A stretch of DNA of 64,000 nt from a virus: positions 8,511 through 72,510 of IMG/VR virus record IMGVR_UViG_3300025687_007517, one strand, 5' to 3'. The notes below the pieces were generated by a model. That model saw only the letters and a list, made by a program, of their open reading frames with translations, did not search any database and was not told the origin of the DNA. This document shows, piece after piece, positions 21,701 to 30,675 of this stretch (positions are counted from its first letter, which is position 1; each line of letters opens with the position of its first letter). A program made the position numbers and the translations under genes.

Positions 21701-22655
21701 GTGGCTTCAATCCCCACTTGTTTAACGTAGCATAAAGTTTTCCAAGCTCAGAATTAACCTTTTTCAAAGTAGCTTTTAGTGCCTTTACAGATTCATTATC
21801 TGCTCCTGTTTCAGCAAATGATTCTGTTCCCTCTGCTACATTAGAAAGTGCTGCTGGGAAGTTAAAGAAGGCAAAGTCTCCCAAGTATTCTGCATCACGA
21901 AGAGTTTGTGAATAAACTTGATTTCTCGTAATAACTGGTGGTTCAGCGTTGTCTCTAACTGCTTGGGCTAAATCTAGATTTACACCTGAAGCTGTTTGTC
22001 CTAAAGATTGTCCAATTTTAGCATTTACATAATTGCTTTCTTGGGCTCTTGCTTTAAGGAAATCATTTAAGTCTTTTAAGTCTCTTATGTTCGCAATTTT
22101 TGCTATGTCAGATATATTGTTAATCTTAAAGTCTTTCTTTTTGCCATCGTCAATAAAGTCTTTTATTTGTTTTGAAAGTGGCTTTTGCTGTTTCTGTTGA
22201 GTAAATTTGTTGTACTCAACCTGAATCTTCTCGACATTTAGTTTTTTTGAAGCCTCTTCAATTCTGTAAAGAAGGCGAACCACGCCGTTTGGTCGAGGGT
22301 CGATTGTTTTCCTATCGTTCAAAAGTATGTCTTCTGACGAAGGGTATGTCTTAGGCTTTGTTGTTTCGCCAGCTATCTCACAGGTTTTGTCGCCTTTGAA
22401 TTTTGGAATTGGTGTGTTAATGTCTTCGGGATCTTTTTTATCTACTTCAATTGTGAAAAGCTTGTTGTCAATAAAATACTGTAATGCCTGTGGGCGAAAA
22501 TCGTTAAAAACCACAAACCAGTTTTTGTTTGGGTCTAACTCCGTTAAATCAGTCCAAAGGCAATAATAAACATAATCATTGGGAGCATCATAATAGGCAA
22601 CCCTAAATTGTTCCCAAGTTGAATCGATAAATAATTTTGAAAGTGGATTAGACAT
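18717..22655 (-). CDS. Large hypothetical baseplate-region protein
   Basis: 1312-aa helical-looking ORF between spike and gp25; hydrophobic stretch near C-terminus. Confidence 0.55.
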   Translation of the reverse strand: MSNPLSKLFIDSTWEQFRVAYYDAPNDYVYYCLWTDLTELDPNKNWFVVFNDFRPQALQYFIDNKLFTIEVDKKDPEDINTPIPKFKGDKTCEIAGETTKPKTYPSSEDILLNDRKTIDPRPNGVVRLLYRIEEASKKLNVEKIQVEYNKFTQQKQQKPLSKQIKDFIDDGKKKDFKINNISDIAKIANIRDLKDLNDFLKARAQESNYVNAKIGQSLGQTASGVNLDLAQAVRDNAEPPVITRNQVYSQTLRDAEYLGDFAFFNFPAALSNVAEGTESFAETGADNESVKALKATLKKVNSELGKLYATLNKWGLKPLIECGAALLIEGLKAQGYLSLARALAEQLEELTKNYKSFGVEFDKYENFYNQIQKLWKNKSSSKPMGTVTKELKKQVDSLLLELGRQFINTLVQQCLLALASNEPEGDFDYGSVQPQDLFEDPIAFQNTAATSLGKEFTGNDSVSFQSFINLTFSSLTGKEMCRLLEGQAEPLLLLQLQSFAEQTKVDTFFDDLYSYANYFYQLGLQTGTAFCKVVNEAEPNVNPTADYCDTKTDDPTAAKVPAGYGDPDVPQITVDDLANLLSEDAINNLLPDIDFSGLLNEAYRQAQEALYQYEINFDDDIANIDKGLTKIQKEKDPDLTKALEDIGIEPPDGKTDDTIDFGTELILTKVKPDNIPELSIAPDLIDNGNRVGNRVRFFGGLLFDSIIIEGDGSYKIETFNKYNLPNKGVTTNNGKTPLAILGESIEGQDSTDPVERKYFKNQFGTFNTPKGTLDVYKSILKDVFNEFLTNFNNSIKDKTVLDVVKFYRLPRRGRVKEELCEYSKNREQSVAYSTDPSKEASIEALRIFAYTQMIELYPNFTSALLILPEEQATALIGATKILVGQISNQIEKAAEKYFVEIPVRNILCEAGLTVQDLVEQEIKLLSEASSPAVKDTLSISEILKKKIKKTTNPAPNALFEVKNNNAIDAWYSAFNSALKKATDADLPTAAIKKIITDVVIDKSAFLFATDSEKTKIKSFLIDQAPVKFKSLDDYARFVVLVVKTLRIAEESLQLKVSDVEFYKNFFATTSSGNFETVFVYDNIILAKDTVSLVGQASIPDEVIKEYVDNPEKGQLEKLPKKLLDSGVLKIDKGINIFDAFKEDFFNDVLLNLIVEKSFVPSNKKFFFTLKPAIMRRFTGGVQPLGVDKTALGDAFKAFEKAQDPKTVFKSKSFSLWLLLLIMIPKMVIEAVKALLLSIVYAANPAIYFLIMLAQSLGLGFPDEFFEWLKKKTKEEILSGLDPESPEAKKLQAEIAEIDPEKSLAILDLKCDI

Positions 22656-22657
22656 AG

Positions 22658-23626
22658 TTAATTTGTGTTGTTAAAGTTGCTACAAATGTAATTAGACTTT
22701 CCGGTAGAATTGAGGTATTTAAACTTAATGATATCATTACTGCCCTTGATTGTGCCAACAGCAAAAGAAAGTTGCTCTAGTGCAATAGTGTGGGTTAACA
22801 CTGCGCCCTGAAAGTTTGGCGACGTAGAGGTTGGAGCACCAAAAAATGGCGAGATGTGTATGTGAGCAGCCAAGTCGGTGTTTATTTTACCAATCTCCTC
22901 AATAATACCATCCACAGTTTGTGACAGGGCATCTACGTTGTCCATAATTTTAGTTAAGCAATCTACAAGGCTGTTGCCTTTTACTAAGGGTTGAAGTGCT
23001 AGTTCCTCATCTGTTTGGTTGCCAGCGATAAGGTCAATACCCCTTGGGCGACCAATTGATACTTTTCTAGAGTTTTTGTTTGGTTCTGTTTTGGAAACGC
23101 CAGCAACAATTTTTACACCTTCTCGACCAATGATTCTAACTGCGTCTGCTTTAATACCAATACCAGACTTGCCTGTTGATTGTCCAACAACGCCGGGGGC
23201 TAAACCAAATGCGTCGTCAATATCGACCTTTTGAGAAATGTAAATTCTAGCGGAGTCTAAATCAAAGTTTGGTCCAGCCGCAACAATTGTTTTTCCATCT
23301 ACTTTATCTACCGGAACAAAACCCTGTGCGCCGACAAATAAGTCAATCATGTGTGCGCCATCTTCACCCATAGCACCGCGACCCTTGTCAACGGGTGTTT
23401 CTAAAACAGTACCATTTTTTAAGCGGTCAGTTGTTTTGCCAATTCTATCAGTTCCCTGAATAATGTATGTGTTACCGTGTTGTTGAAGTCTTTCTGCTCC
23501 GCGCTTGACATACAATGGATAAGGGTCAAGAGGCTGTGTTGCATTATTAATCGAAGACAAGTTTCTGGTTATTGAACCAGCTTGTCCGTCGTTAATCTCT
23601 ATTTTTGGTTGTGTTGCTCTTGTCAT
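22658..23626 (-). CDS. Baseplate central spike-like protein (gp5 C-term/gpV-like)
   Basis: IGIKADAVRIIGREGVKI beta-repeat, LVKGNSL, and C-terminal HIH (H-x-H metal-binding tip) in AAHIHISPFFGAPTS. Confidence 0.7.
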   Translation of the reverse strand: MTRATQPKIEINDGQAGSITRNLSSINNATQPLDPYPLYVKRGAERLQQHGNTYIIQGTDRIGKTTDRLKNGTVLETPVDKGRGAMGEDGAHMIDLFVGAQGFVPVDKVDGKTIVAAGPNFDLDSARIYISQKVDIDDAFGLAPGVVGQSTGKSGIGIKADAVRIIGREGVKIVAGVSKTEPNKNSRKVSIGRPRGIDLIAGNQTDEELALQPLVKGNSLVDCLTKIMDNVDALSQTVDGIIEEIGKINTDLAAHIHISPFFGAPTSTSPNFQGAVLTHTIALEQLSFAVGTIKGSNDIIKFKYLNSTGKSNYICSNFNNTN

Positions 23627-23641
23627 AATTTATTGGGTCTT

Positions 23642-25327
23642 TTATGGGTAGCCGTCCCAGGAGGTGTTTGAGGGGGCTTTGCGTGCGCGTGCCTGGGAGC
23701 GTTTGTAGGCGCTGAGGTCAATGCCGCGAGGCGTCACGAGGCGCTGCTTTTGGCTCCAATATTCAAAGTATTTTTTTTGCGGGATTACATAAATTGGAAT
23801 CTTAGTTACCCTTGTTGGATAAGGTCTGTTAAAAATTAACTTATTATTCTTCGTGTCGATACCAACTCCTCCAAATTTAAGGTCTTTTTTGATGTCTTGC
23901 TTCTCATAAATTTTAGAGTCGAAGTGTAATTTAGCTGTCGCGGAGAACAACTGTGAGGTGGGAAGTTTGCCCATAGCCTCCTTATTAGGAGAATCCTCGA
24001 AATTTTGAAGCGGACCTCCTTTTGACAATTTCCAAGATAAAGAAGCTTGCGTTGTTTCAAGATCCACATTTCTGTTTTGGTTTTCTGGAAGGGATGAATT
24101 TGTGGCTCCGAAGCTTTTACCAGCCTCCGTCTTTTTCCACGCCTCCCAACTATCTTTCTGTTTTTTTATCTCACGATCAAGTGCTTCTACCTTTGGGGCA
24201 GAACCCGCGCCCTCGGTAGAAGAATAAGGGCGATAGCCATAATACAACTGCCTGAATCTCAATCTTACGGACTTTGGAATTTTTAAGGGGCTCACTTTAT
24301 CAAAAGCTAGATATTCGTCCCTCTTGTAGTCTCCTGCTGTTTTTATTGTTGGGTCGCCATCAGGGTCTGGATAAAAACGAACCCAGCGCTCTGTGCCGCC
24401 TTTTGTTCTTAGATCATAGTGTGGATGGCTTCCCCCGTAAAAACCGACCACACCATTGGTTTCATTATACCATTTAGGGTCAAGATACAAGCCCATTCTT
24501 TTGTTAGACAACATGTTGAATTCTATCATTGCTGCAACAAAAGCGTATGACTCCATTCTTCCCAGCCTTTTACGATCAATCTCTATATCAAAATCAAAAG
24601 CGTTGCCGGTTGAATGGTTGCCATGGGGCTTGTCAGGCTTTGGGTCGCGTTTGCCTGACGTTACTATCAAGGCAGCTTTTTTTGTTGCTCCGTAGTACCA
24701 GCCAGCAGCTTCTGCAATTTTCTCTGCTTCACGAATTAAACGCTGTCGAACACCTTTTAGGCGAGCACCAGGGCGGGCTCTCACCTCGCACTTAAAAGGC
24801 AAGCCGAGAAAGCCCTTATCAACATATACTGGTTTATTATCTTTTTTGGTGCCGGTGTCGGTGGGGTCTAAAAATCTATTGGAACCATCAGAGGTGTCGG
24901 AGTCATCACCGTCTCTGGATTTAGAACCATCCCCTGTGACATTCTGGCTGTTAACAATGTATCCTCGGCTTGTATCGACGGGATTTTCAAACGAAGCTTG
25001 AACTGGTGCGCCAACCTTTAAATAATCTCCCTTAAGGGCAATACAAATGCAATTGTGTTGTGCAACGTTTAAAGGGTCAAGGTAAGAATGCACATCGGGA
25101 ATTCTTACTCTAATTTCAACATACTGATTTTGTTTTACAAATTCTCCATAAACCCTCTTTAACTTTTCAAGCTCACCGGCTGCAACACCGGCATCTCCTA
25201 AAATTTCAAGAATATATCCCGACTTTTTAGAGGAAAAGATTATCGGGCTTGTTGCTTGTTTTTGTTGTAATTTAAGCTCGGTTAATGGGCTGTCAGAAAA
25301 CGGAGTTAAATTAGTATCGTAAAACAT
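23642..25327 (-). CDS. Baseplate hub-associated protein with peptidase M15 (peptidoglycan hydrolase) domain
   Basis: gp5-like N-terminal IRVRIPDVH; M15 motifs VTSGKR..GNHSTGNAFDF and HPHYDLR. Confidence 0.7.
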   Translation of the reverse strand: MFYDTNLTPFSDSPLTELKLQQKQATSPIIFSSKKSGYILEILGDAGVAAGELEKLKRVYGEFVKQNQYVEIRVRIPDVHSYLDPLNVAQHNCICIALKGDYLKVGAPVQASFENPVDTSRGYIVNSQNVTGDGSKSRDGDDSDTSDGSNRFLDPTDTGTKKDNKPVYVDKGFLGLPFKCEVRARPGARLKGVRQRLIREAEKIAEAAGWYYGATKKAALIVTSGKRDPKPDKPHGNHSTGNAFDFDIEIDRKRLGRMESYAFVAAMIEFNMLSNKRMGLYLDPKWYNETNGVVGFYGGSHPHYDLRTKGGTERWVRFYPDPDGDPTIKTAGDYKRDEYLAFDKVSPLKIPKSVRLRFRQLYYGYRPYSSTEGAGSAPKVEALDREIKKQKDSWEAWKKTEAGKSFGATNSSLPENQNRNVDLETTQASLSWKLSKGGPLQNFEDSPNKEAMGKLPTSQLFSATAKLHFDSKIYEKQDIKKDLKFGGVGIDTKNNKLIFNRPYPTRVTKIPIYVIPQKKYFEYWSQKQRLVTPRGIDLSAYKRSQARARKAPSNTSWDGYP

Positions 25328-25621
25328 CTACTCTTCCTCCCCGTTGTCGTTGAGGTTATCGTAGATAGCATCAATGTCTGCTGATGAGATAGTTTCAGTT
25401 TGTTTACTAGTCTTCGCCATAAGTGAAGCAACCTTTACTAGCTGTTCGTTGGAACGCTGTAAGGTTTCTAGGTACTTGGCTACAACAAGACCTTGACGAC
25501 CGTGGTCTGCCCTTCCTTGATGAATGTCTTGGCTTATTTCATCAAGAGCAGTGTTGGTCGCCTCTCGGTCAAGTCTAATGTTTTTTATTGCTTCTTCAAG
25601 AAGTTCTTCATATTTCGCCAT
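25328..25621 (-). CDS. Hypothetical protein
   Basis: 97-aa helical ORF coupled to neighbours. Confidence 0.6.
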   Translation of the reverse strand: MAKYEELLEEAIKNIRLDREATNTALDEISQDIHQGRADHGRQGLVVAKYLETLQRSNEQLVKVASLMAKTSKQTETISSADIDAIYDNLNDNGEEE

Positions 25622-26285
25622 CGTTCCAATCAGACCTAAAGCCTCTATACCTCACTTTGAGCTTTGTGAGGACGGTTGCGATTTGTTTTGTGTTCAAATC
25701 GGTGATCTCCCTCATGTAAAGATAAATAGCTTTTTTATTGAAAATTTCTATTTGGTCTGAGTGCTCAAAGAGAACTTTTATGGCATTAATAACTTTTACT
25801 TCGTTTTCTTTCTCGGCTGCTTCATACCATTCATCGATATTCTCGCGGAGGTGGGCGAAGAACTCGGTGCGGTTTCTTTCGTGCTCGTATGGTATGTGGT
25901 CGGTAAGGGGGTGCTCTAAATTCTTTGACTCGTCAATAGGAGTCTCAGTTTTTAAACGCTTGGTTGTTTTCTTTACCTTGTGGATAAACCAGTTTTTGGT
26001 AACGACTGAAAAGTAAGAGAAGGCTTTTGAGCCCTTGTCGGGGTCATACTTGTCAAGAATAGTGACCAACCAAGCTTTACATTCTTCGCGTAGGTAATCA
26101 ATGTTTGGAAGAGTTGTGAACTTGTATGTGTAGATAATTTTATCAACAAGTTCGTCGAACGCAGGGTGAATAAACTCGATGTAGAGTTTTTCTTTTGTGT
26201 AGCGGTCTGTTGTTTTACAGTATTTAACTATGGCATCCTCATGGACTTTTGTAAAATACTTTCTTTTAGTTCTCTTCTTCGGCAT
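25608..26285 (-). CDS. Phage sigma-factor-like protein (T4 gp55-like late sigma)
   Basis: KYDPDKGSKAFSYFSVVTKNW resembles sigma region 2 / gp55 FDPEK...AFAYFT; lies directly upstream of structural genes. Confidence 0.7.
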   Translation of the reverse strand: MPKKRTKRKYFTKVHEDAIVKYCKTTDRYTKEKLYIEFIHPAFDELVDKIIYTYKFTTLPNIDYLREECKAWLVTILDKYDPDKGSKAFSYFSVVTKNWFIHKVKKTTKRLKTETPIDESKNLEHPLTDHIPYEHERNRTEFFAHLRENIDEWYEAAEKENEVKVINAIKVLFEHSDQIEIFNKKAIYLYMREITDLNTKQIATVLTKLKVRYRGFRSDWNDGEI

Positions 26286-26565
26286 CGCCTGCTATCTCCT
26301 CTTGTATTCTCGCCACGTCTTTTAAAGTCTCGCTAAGAACTGTTGTGGCTGTGACAAGGTTTTGTATAATAGGGTCGCCGTAGTATGTTTCGCTAGCGTT
26401 GACAGTATTTACAAGCTCGTCAAAATCATCGACCTGTTCTCGCAGGTCGGAAATTCTTGCCTGAATGTTGTTAAGGGTTTCGGCAAAGTTATAACAAAGG
26501 TATGACAGTGCTGCTGTCGTAGAAACAAAAATAACTACTAGTGTCCATTCAAGCATTTGGGTCAA
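26266..26565 (-). CDS. Hypothetical membrane-anchored coiled-coil protein
   Basis: N-terminal hydrophobic helix followed by heptad-like segment. Confidence 0.55.
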   Translation of the reverse strand: MTQMLEWTLVVIFVSTTAALSYLCYNFAETLNNIQARISDLREQVDDFDELVNTVNASETYYGDPIIQNLVTATTVLSETLKDVARIQEEIAGDAEEEN

Positions 26566-26812
26566 ACTCCTTTGTTCTTGCTTCTTCTTGCATTTGTTTT
26601 AAAACCTCTCGGTTTTCTTCAATGCCCTCTTTCGTTGCTTCACCCACTTTTTTGTCGCCTCTTTGCTCGGTCTTCATTGTAGTGAAGTGGCTAGGAATGC
26701 GAAAAACAAAGGGCGAGTCACACTCTTCGCACTTGGTGACTATCTCTGACATAGAGTGCCACTCGTCCCAGTTTCTCAAACAAGTGTTACAACGATAAGA
26801 ATATTTAGGCAT
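26549..26812 (-). CDS. FmdB-family zinc-ribbon protein
   Basis: MPKYSYRCNTC...KCEECDS (MPxYxYxCxxC...CxxC); start reassigned to ATG 26812. Confidence 0.85.
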   Translation of the reverse strand: MPKYSYRCNTCLRNWDEWHSMSEIVTKCEECDSPFVFRIPSHFTTMKTEQRGDKKVGEATKEGIEENREVLKQMQEEARTKEFDPNA

Positions 26813-27158
26813 CTGTTCTTCCATAGTCGTCTGAAAGACGAACAACGTCGTCAAGGTGTGGGGTGCTTGCTTCAATTAGCATAACACCCTGGTCTTGAGG
26901 GGCTGTGAAGCGGTGAATTGTTTCTGGTTTTATTCTAAAAGATTTACCCTCTGAAAGAATTGTAATATTGTCTTCGTTATCAGTCTTTGCTAAATCGAGA
27001 TGAAGAGTTCCATCCTCTACAAAAATAGTTTCATCTTTAACCCTGTGAAACTGTCGTGAAAGACGTTGCCCAGGAGCAACATAGATTCTCTTAACAACAT
27101 ACAATTCAGTGTTGATTAAGATATCTTCCCAACCCCATGGTTTCTCAATCCTATTCAT
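26805..27158 (-). CDS. Cupin protein (mannose-6-phosphate isomerase type II C-terminal-like)
   Basis: KPWGWE..KRIYVAPGQRLSRQFHRVKDET..HRF..EASTPHLDDVVRLSDDYGR. Confidence 0.85.
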   Translation of the reverse strand: MNRIEKPWGWEDILINTELYVVKRIYVAPGQRLSRQFHRVKDETIFVEDGTLHLDLAKTDNEDNITILSEGKSFRIKPETIHRFTAPQDQGVMLIEASTPHLDDVVRLSDDYGRTDA

Positions 27159-27330
27159 CTTCGGCATCCTCGGGGGCTGAGACAGTTGGCGGGTTATTTA
27201 CAACCAGTTCATTATTGTCGTCTGGATTAAATTCAAATCCGCGAAGAATTCCTGTAATGTCTTCTTGGTTTAGGATTGCCTTTTGTAGTGCCATCATAAT
27301 TGAACCGATAGCTTGATTTGATAGTGTCAT
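27151..27330 (-). CDS. Hypothetical protein
   Basis: Short ORF MTLSNQAIGSIMMALQK with GGAG SD; coupled to neighbours. Confidence 0.6.
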   Translation of the reverse strand: MTLSNQAIGSIMMALQKAILNQEDITGILRGFEFNPDDNNELVVNNPPTVSAPEDAEDE

Positions 27331-27331
27331 T

Positions 27332-27631
27332 TTATTCTCCAAAAAACTCATTTGAGTTTATGTTTTTATCATCTATGAACAAGTCATAAACTGGCTTACC
27401 AAATTTTAAGTCGTGGTATTTTACTCCCCACTTTTGGAATTGGGCTTCGGTAATTTCTCTCCAATCAATCCCAGAGCCAGTTCCTCTTGCAGTCCAGTAT
27501 ACAATAGTATACCCCATTTCATAAAGATTGTTTATCTTTTCTATTCTATCTGGAAATGGAGTTGCTTGTGAGTAATCTCTTGTTTCAGGAGATTGGCAGA
27601 TAGTCTCATCTATGTCAACGTAGTAAATCAT
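27332..27631 (-). CDS. Small HAD-superfamily phosphatase (capsule-biosynthesis type)
   Basis: Motif I VDIDETIC, motif II WTARG, motif III/IV GKP..DLFIDDK. Confidence 0.85.
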   Translation of the reverse strand: MIYYVDIDETICQSPETRDYSQATPFPDRIEKINNLYEMGYTIVYWTARGTGSGIDWREITEAQFQKWGVKYHDLKFGKPVYDLFIDDKNINSNEFFGE

Positions 27632-28266
27632 TTATCTCCTTTTCTAAATCTTTTTTTGTTATGAAACGTTCTTAACGTTTCTTCTGTGTAAAATTTATCG
27701 CCTATTCCACTGTCATTAGTGGCATCCCAGTAATAAATCTTATGACCAAAGGTCTCTAATTTTTCAATAAGCGCAAGGTCTTCCTCAAGGCTTATTCCGC
27801 ATTTTGGTCCATGTAATTCACCATAGATTTTATTAATGTATTTTATAGCCCCAGTATCAATTAAATCCTTAAATACTTCGTACTCGGCTCCCTCTATGTC
27901 TAACTTTAATACAATACAATCGCTCGCAGAAAAATTTTCAAGTATAAATCTTGAAAGACAAATAGAACTTATGTAGGTTGGGTTTTTATTGTTTTTTTCT
28001 ATCAGTAGAGAGGACGATTCGTTTTTAGAGTCATAAAAAATAATATCCTCTTCGTCTTCAGTCCAGAGGGCTTTTTCATAAAGTTTAACAACACAACCCG
28101 CTTCTCTGGCACGGATGGCTGCTTCATTCCAATATTCCTTAATCAGTCCACTTTTTGTACACTCAAATGAATGAATTTCATACTCACTTGCTTCGGGATG
28201 GTGGTTAACAAATTGGTCTATAGACTGACCCTTATTAGCACCCCCGTCAATAAATACCTTTCTCAC
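27628..28266 (-). CDS. FkbM-family SAM-dependent methyltransferase
   Basis: FIDGGANKGQ, SFE, LKLDIEGAEY, ELH motifs. Confidence 0.9.
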   Translation of the reverse strand: MRKVFIDGGANKGQSIDQFVNHHPEASEYEIHSFECTKSGLIKEYWNEAAIRAREAGCVVKLYEKALWTEDEEDIIFYDSKNESSSLLIEKNNKNPTYISSICLSRFILENFSASDCIVLKLDIEGAEYEVFKDLIDTGAIKYINKIYGELHGPKCGISLEEDLALIEKLETFGHKIYYWDATNDSGIGDKFYTEETLRTFHNKKRFRKGDK

Positions 28267-29102
28267 TAAACAACCTCCATAAAATCAAATAACGGCTTCT
28301 TGTGGTGCGGCAGATTATCAACCCACTTTTTTCTTGTCTTAAACAAACGGCTAACATCGCTTTCCATGTGTACTACATAATTTAGTGTTAACATACGCCT
28401 ATCTGCTTTTTCTGGCTTTAGTCCTTTGTGAAACCCTGTTGTTAGGGCAATCAACAAATCCCCAGACTTTGCTGTTAGTTTTTTAATCTTGTCCTCGCCG
28501 TAATAAGCCCTCACTTCCTCGTCTGACCAGCGGTACTTGGATAGGTGATCATAAAACTTGTTTGCATTGCTCCCCTCCACAAATGTTAGTGGTCCACCGT
28601 GCTCGTCAACATCGTTCAGGTAGATAAAAAATTTCATAAATTTTATACTATTTCTATCCGCGTGATAAAGTTGTGTTGTGGTGGCAGGGTTGTTGGTTAG
28701 TTTACTCAATCGAAAGTTTTGCGTGCATAGCGATGGAACACATTGAAAGAATTCGGTGGCTATCTCATAAACTAGATCGCTGGTAGCTATTTCAAACGCT
28801 GTTTTAGAGGCGTATAAAGGGTCTTGTATCATAGTAAAAAATTCGTTGTCTTGAGAAACAAGACCGCTCGCTTGTGCTGCATCAAAGTCTTGCCCAAGTG
28901 CGTCAATCTGCTGCTTTGTAAAAACCCCGTCTAGTTTGACATAGCCATTGGTGTTTATCTCGCTTATCAACTTGTCGTGTTTATTCGTCAAGCAAGGGTA
29001 ATCCCCTCTTCTTTCGCCAATTCTTTCATTAAAGTAGTTCACGGCTGCGAGACCGCCGTGATAAAAGCCAATTTGTTTTGTTGTGAGCCATTTGGTGTTC
29101 AC
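28266..29102 (-). CDS. Phytanoyl-CoA dioxygenase-like 2OG-Fe(II) oxygenase
   Basis: YHAD..FIYLNDV...GPL..V.GS..GD....T.GFHKG...R facial-triad pattern. Confidence 0.85.
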   Translation of the reverse strand: MNTKWLTTKQIGFYHGGLAAVNYFNERIGERRGDYPCLTNKHDKLISEINTNGYVKLDGVFTKQQIDALGQDFDAAQASGLVSQDNEFFTMIQDPLYASKTAFEIATSDLVYEIATEFFQCVPSLCTQNFRLSKLTNNPATTTQLYHADRNSIKFMKFFIYLNDVDEHGGPLTFVEGSNANKFYDHLSKYRWSDEEVRAYYGEDKIKKLTAKSGDLLIALTTGFHKGLKPEKADRRMLTLNYVVHMESDVSRLFKTRKKWVDNLPHHKKPLFDFMEVV

Positions 29103-29980
29103 TAGACTCTCCGGTGTGGGTCAGACAAATACAGGCGATAGTTTTCCCCTATTTTCTCTGTTAAAACTTCAGTAGATAAATTACAAGCATGACCATGACC
29201 CAGATTATAAAATTCTATGTCTTTTCCAATGTCGTGAAGTACATAATCCCAAAACTCAAGGTATTGGTTTTTGTATTTTTGTTCCAGTTTCACGCCAGTA
29301 AAGTTTCTCTCGTAAGTACCATCTTTTTTTTTGTCTTTTTGAAACCCGTGGTGATTTTCGTCTTTGTCGTTTTCAAGATGTTTGTACCCGTCCATGCCTA
29401 TTATTGATATGCTTTTTGGTTTCAACGAGCAAACAAACGAAGCAATCCTGACCATCGCTCCTATTTTTGAATGGTATCTTGTATGAGCCCAGAAAATCCT
29501 GTCGCCATATTTTTCTTTAAACAAAGATAGCTCATTTTGTGACCGACCTATGTTTTCAAACCCTATTAGGTGAGAGGTGTTTTCTAAATGCGCCACTAAT
29601 CTTGGGTCTTGTGGCTTCACTTCGTCTCCTAAAAAAACAAATGACATTGGGATTTTAGCAGCATACTCGTTGACAAAATAGTGGTTACAGCTAACAACTT
29701 TATCATAATCTCCAACAGTAGAAAAATCAAATGAATTTAAAGAGGGACCACCGCCAATCAACAAGACAGAAGAGCCATTAAATTCTTCAAACTCTTTTTT
29801 CTTTTGATAAAATACTTCTCCGTTGACAACGACCTCTCCCCCGCCAAGATGAGGGACTATGGCGCTTTTTACATAATCCAAGCCTCGGTGGGGGTTATTA
29901 ATAAAGCCATATCTATCCCAAATAAAGGAACTGTTAGAGGGGCTTTCCGTTTTCCATGTTTTTTCTTCTGTCCAAATCAT
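29102..29980 (-). CDS. Maf/GT42 (Cst)-like nonulosonate transferase
   Basis: LIGGGPSL, VVSCNHY, IIGMDGY, HHGF motifs typical of the Maf_flag10/Cst sialyltransferase fold; context. Confidence 0.65.
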   Translation of the reverse strand: MIWTEEKTWKTESPSNSSFIWDRYGFINNPHRGLDYVKSAIVPHLGGGEVVVNGEVFYQKKKEFEEFNGSSVLLIGGGPSLNSFDFSTVGDYDKVVSCNHYFVNEYAAKIPMSFVFLGDEVKPQDPRLVAHLENTSHLIGFENIGRSQNELSLFKEKYGDRIFWAHTRYHSKIGAMVRIASFVCSLKPKSISIIGMDGYKHLENDKDENHHGFQKDKKKDGTYERNFTGVKLEQKYKNQYLEFWDYVLHDIGKDIEFYNLGHGHACNLSTEVLTEKIGENYRLYLSDPHRRV

Positions 29981-30675
29981 ATAATCAACTCCCTTGTTTT
30001 TTTGTAACCAATGTTAAAAATGGCATCAAGAACACACAAGTGAGAAATAAAGTCTCCATACCTTTGATCATAAATTGGGTGTTCATAATTATGATATTTT
30101 ATTTCTATACCACTTTCACCAAAAACATCAGGAGACTCTTCTATATATTTTCTGGATGCTGGTGCTGATAAATAAGTTTTTGCACCAAGCTCTTCACATA
30201 TGTTACAAAGATACTTTTCTCGTTTACCACTTGAAGAGAGATTGGAACTGTAAATAAGTTCAGTTTTTAACTGCAATTTTTCACAGGCATCTTTAATTAT
30301 AGAACAGTTTAAGTCACTTAGGGTGTCATAATTTTTTACTAAAATTTCTTTTATAAAACTAATACCATCATTGTAAAATTTTGATTTTGAATAATTTTGT
30401 TCTATTGTGCTTAAGGTGTTTTCTTTCCACTTGTCATCAATTGCGATTTGACAATCTTTTATTAATGCTCTTGAATTCCCTTTTTTAACTGGGACTGTGA
30501 TAAAATATTCTCCATTTGGTGTTTTAATTCTATTTCTAGTTTGCCAAGATCTTTTTACCACTTGAACATCATCAAAAAAAACAAACACATCACTCTTATT
30601 TATCATACTAAAATAGCCGATCCAAGGCATGAATGTTGGTTGCATTATTGCAACGGTTTTATTCTTCAACTGCAT
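29977..30675 (-). CDS. wbqC: WbqC-family protein (putative glycyl/acyl transferase)
   Basis: IMQPTFMPWIGYF..SDVFVFFDDVQ..RSWQTRNRIK, YLS, HP.YDQ..F.SHL..LD.IFN. Confidence 0.9.
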   Translation of the reverse strand: MQLKNKTVAIMQPTFMPWIGYFSMINKSDVFVFFDDVQVVKRSWQTRNRIKTPNGEYFITVPVKKGNSRALIKDCQIAIDDKWKENTLSTIEQNYSKSKFYNDGISFIKEILVKNYDTLSDLNCSIIKDACEKLQLKTELIYSSNLSSSGKREKYLCNICEELGAKTYLSAPASRKYIEESPDVFGESGIEIKYHNYEHPIYDQRYGDFISHLCVLDAIFNIGYKKTRELII

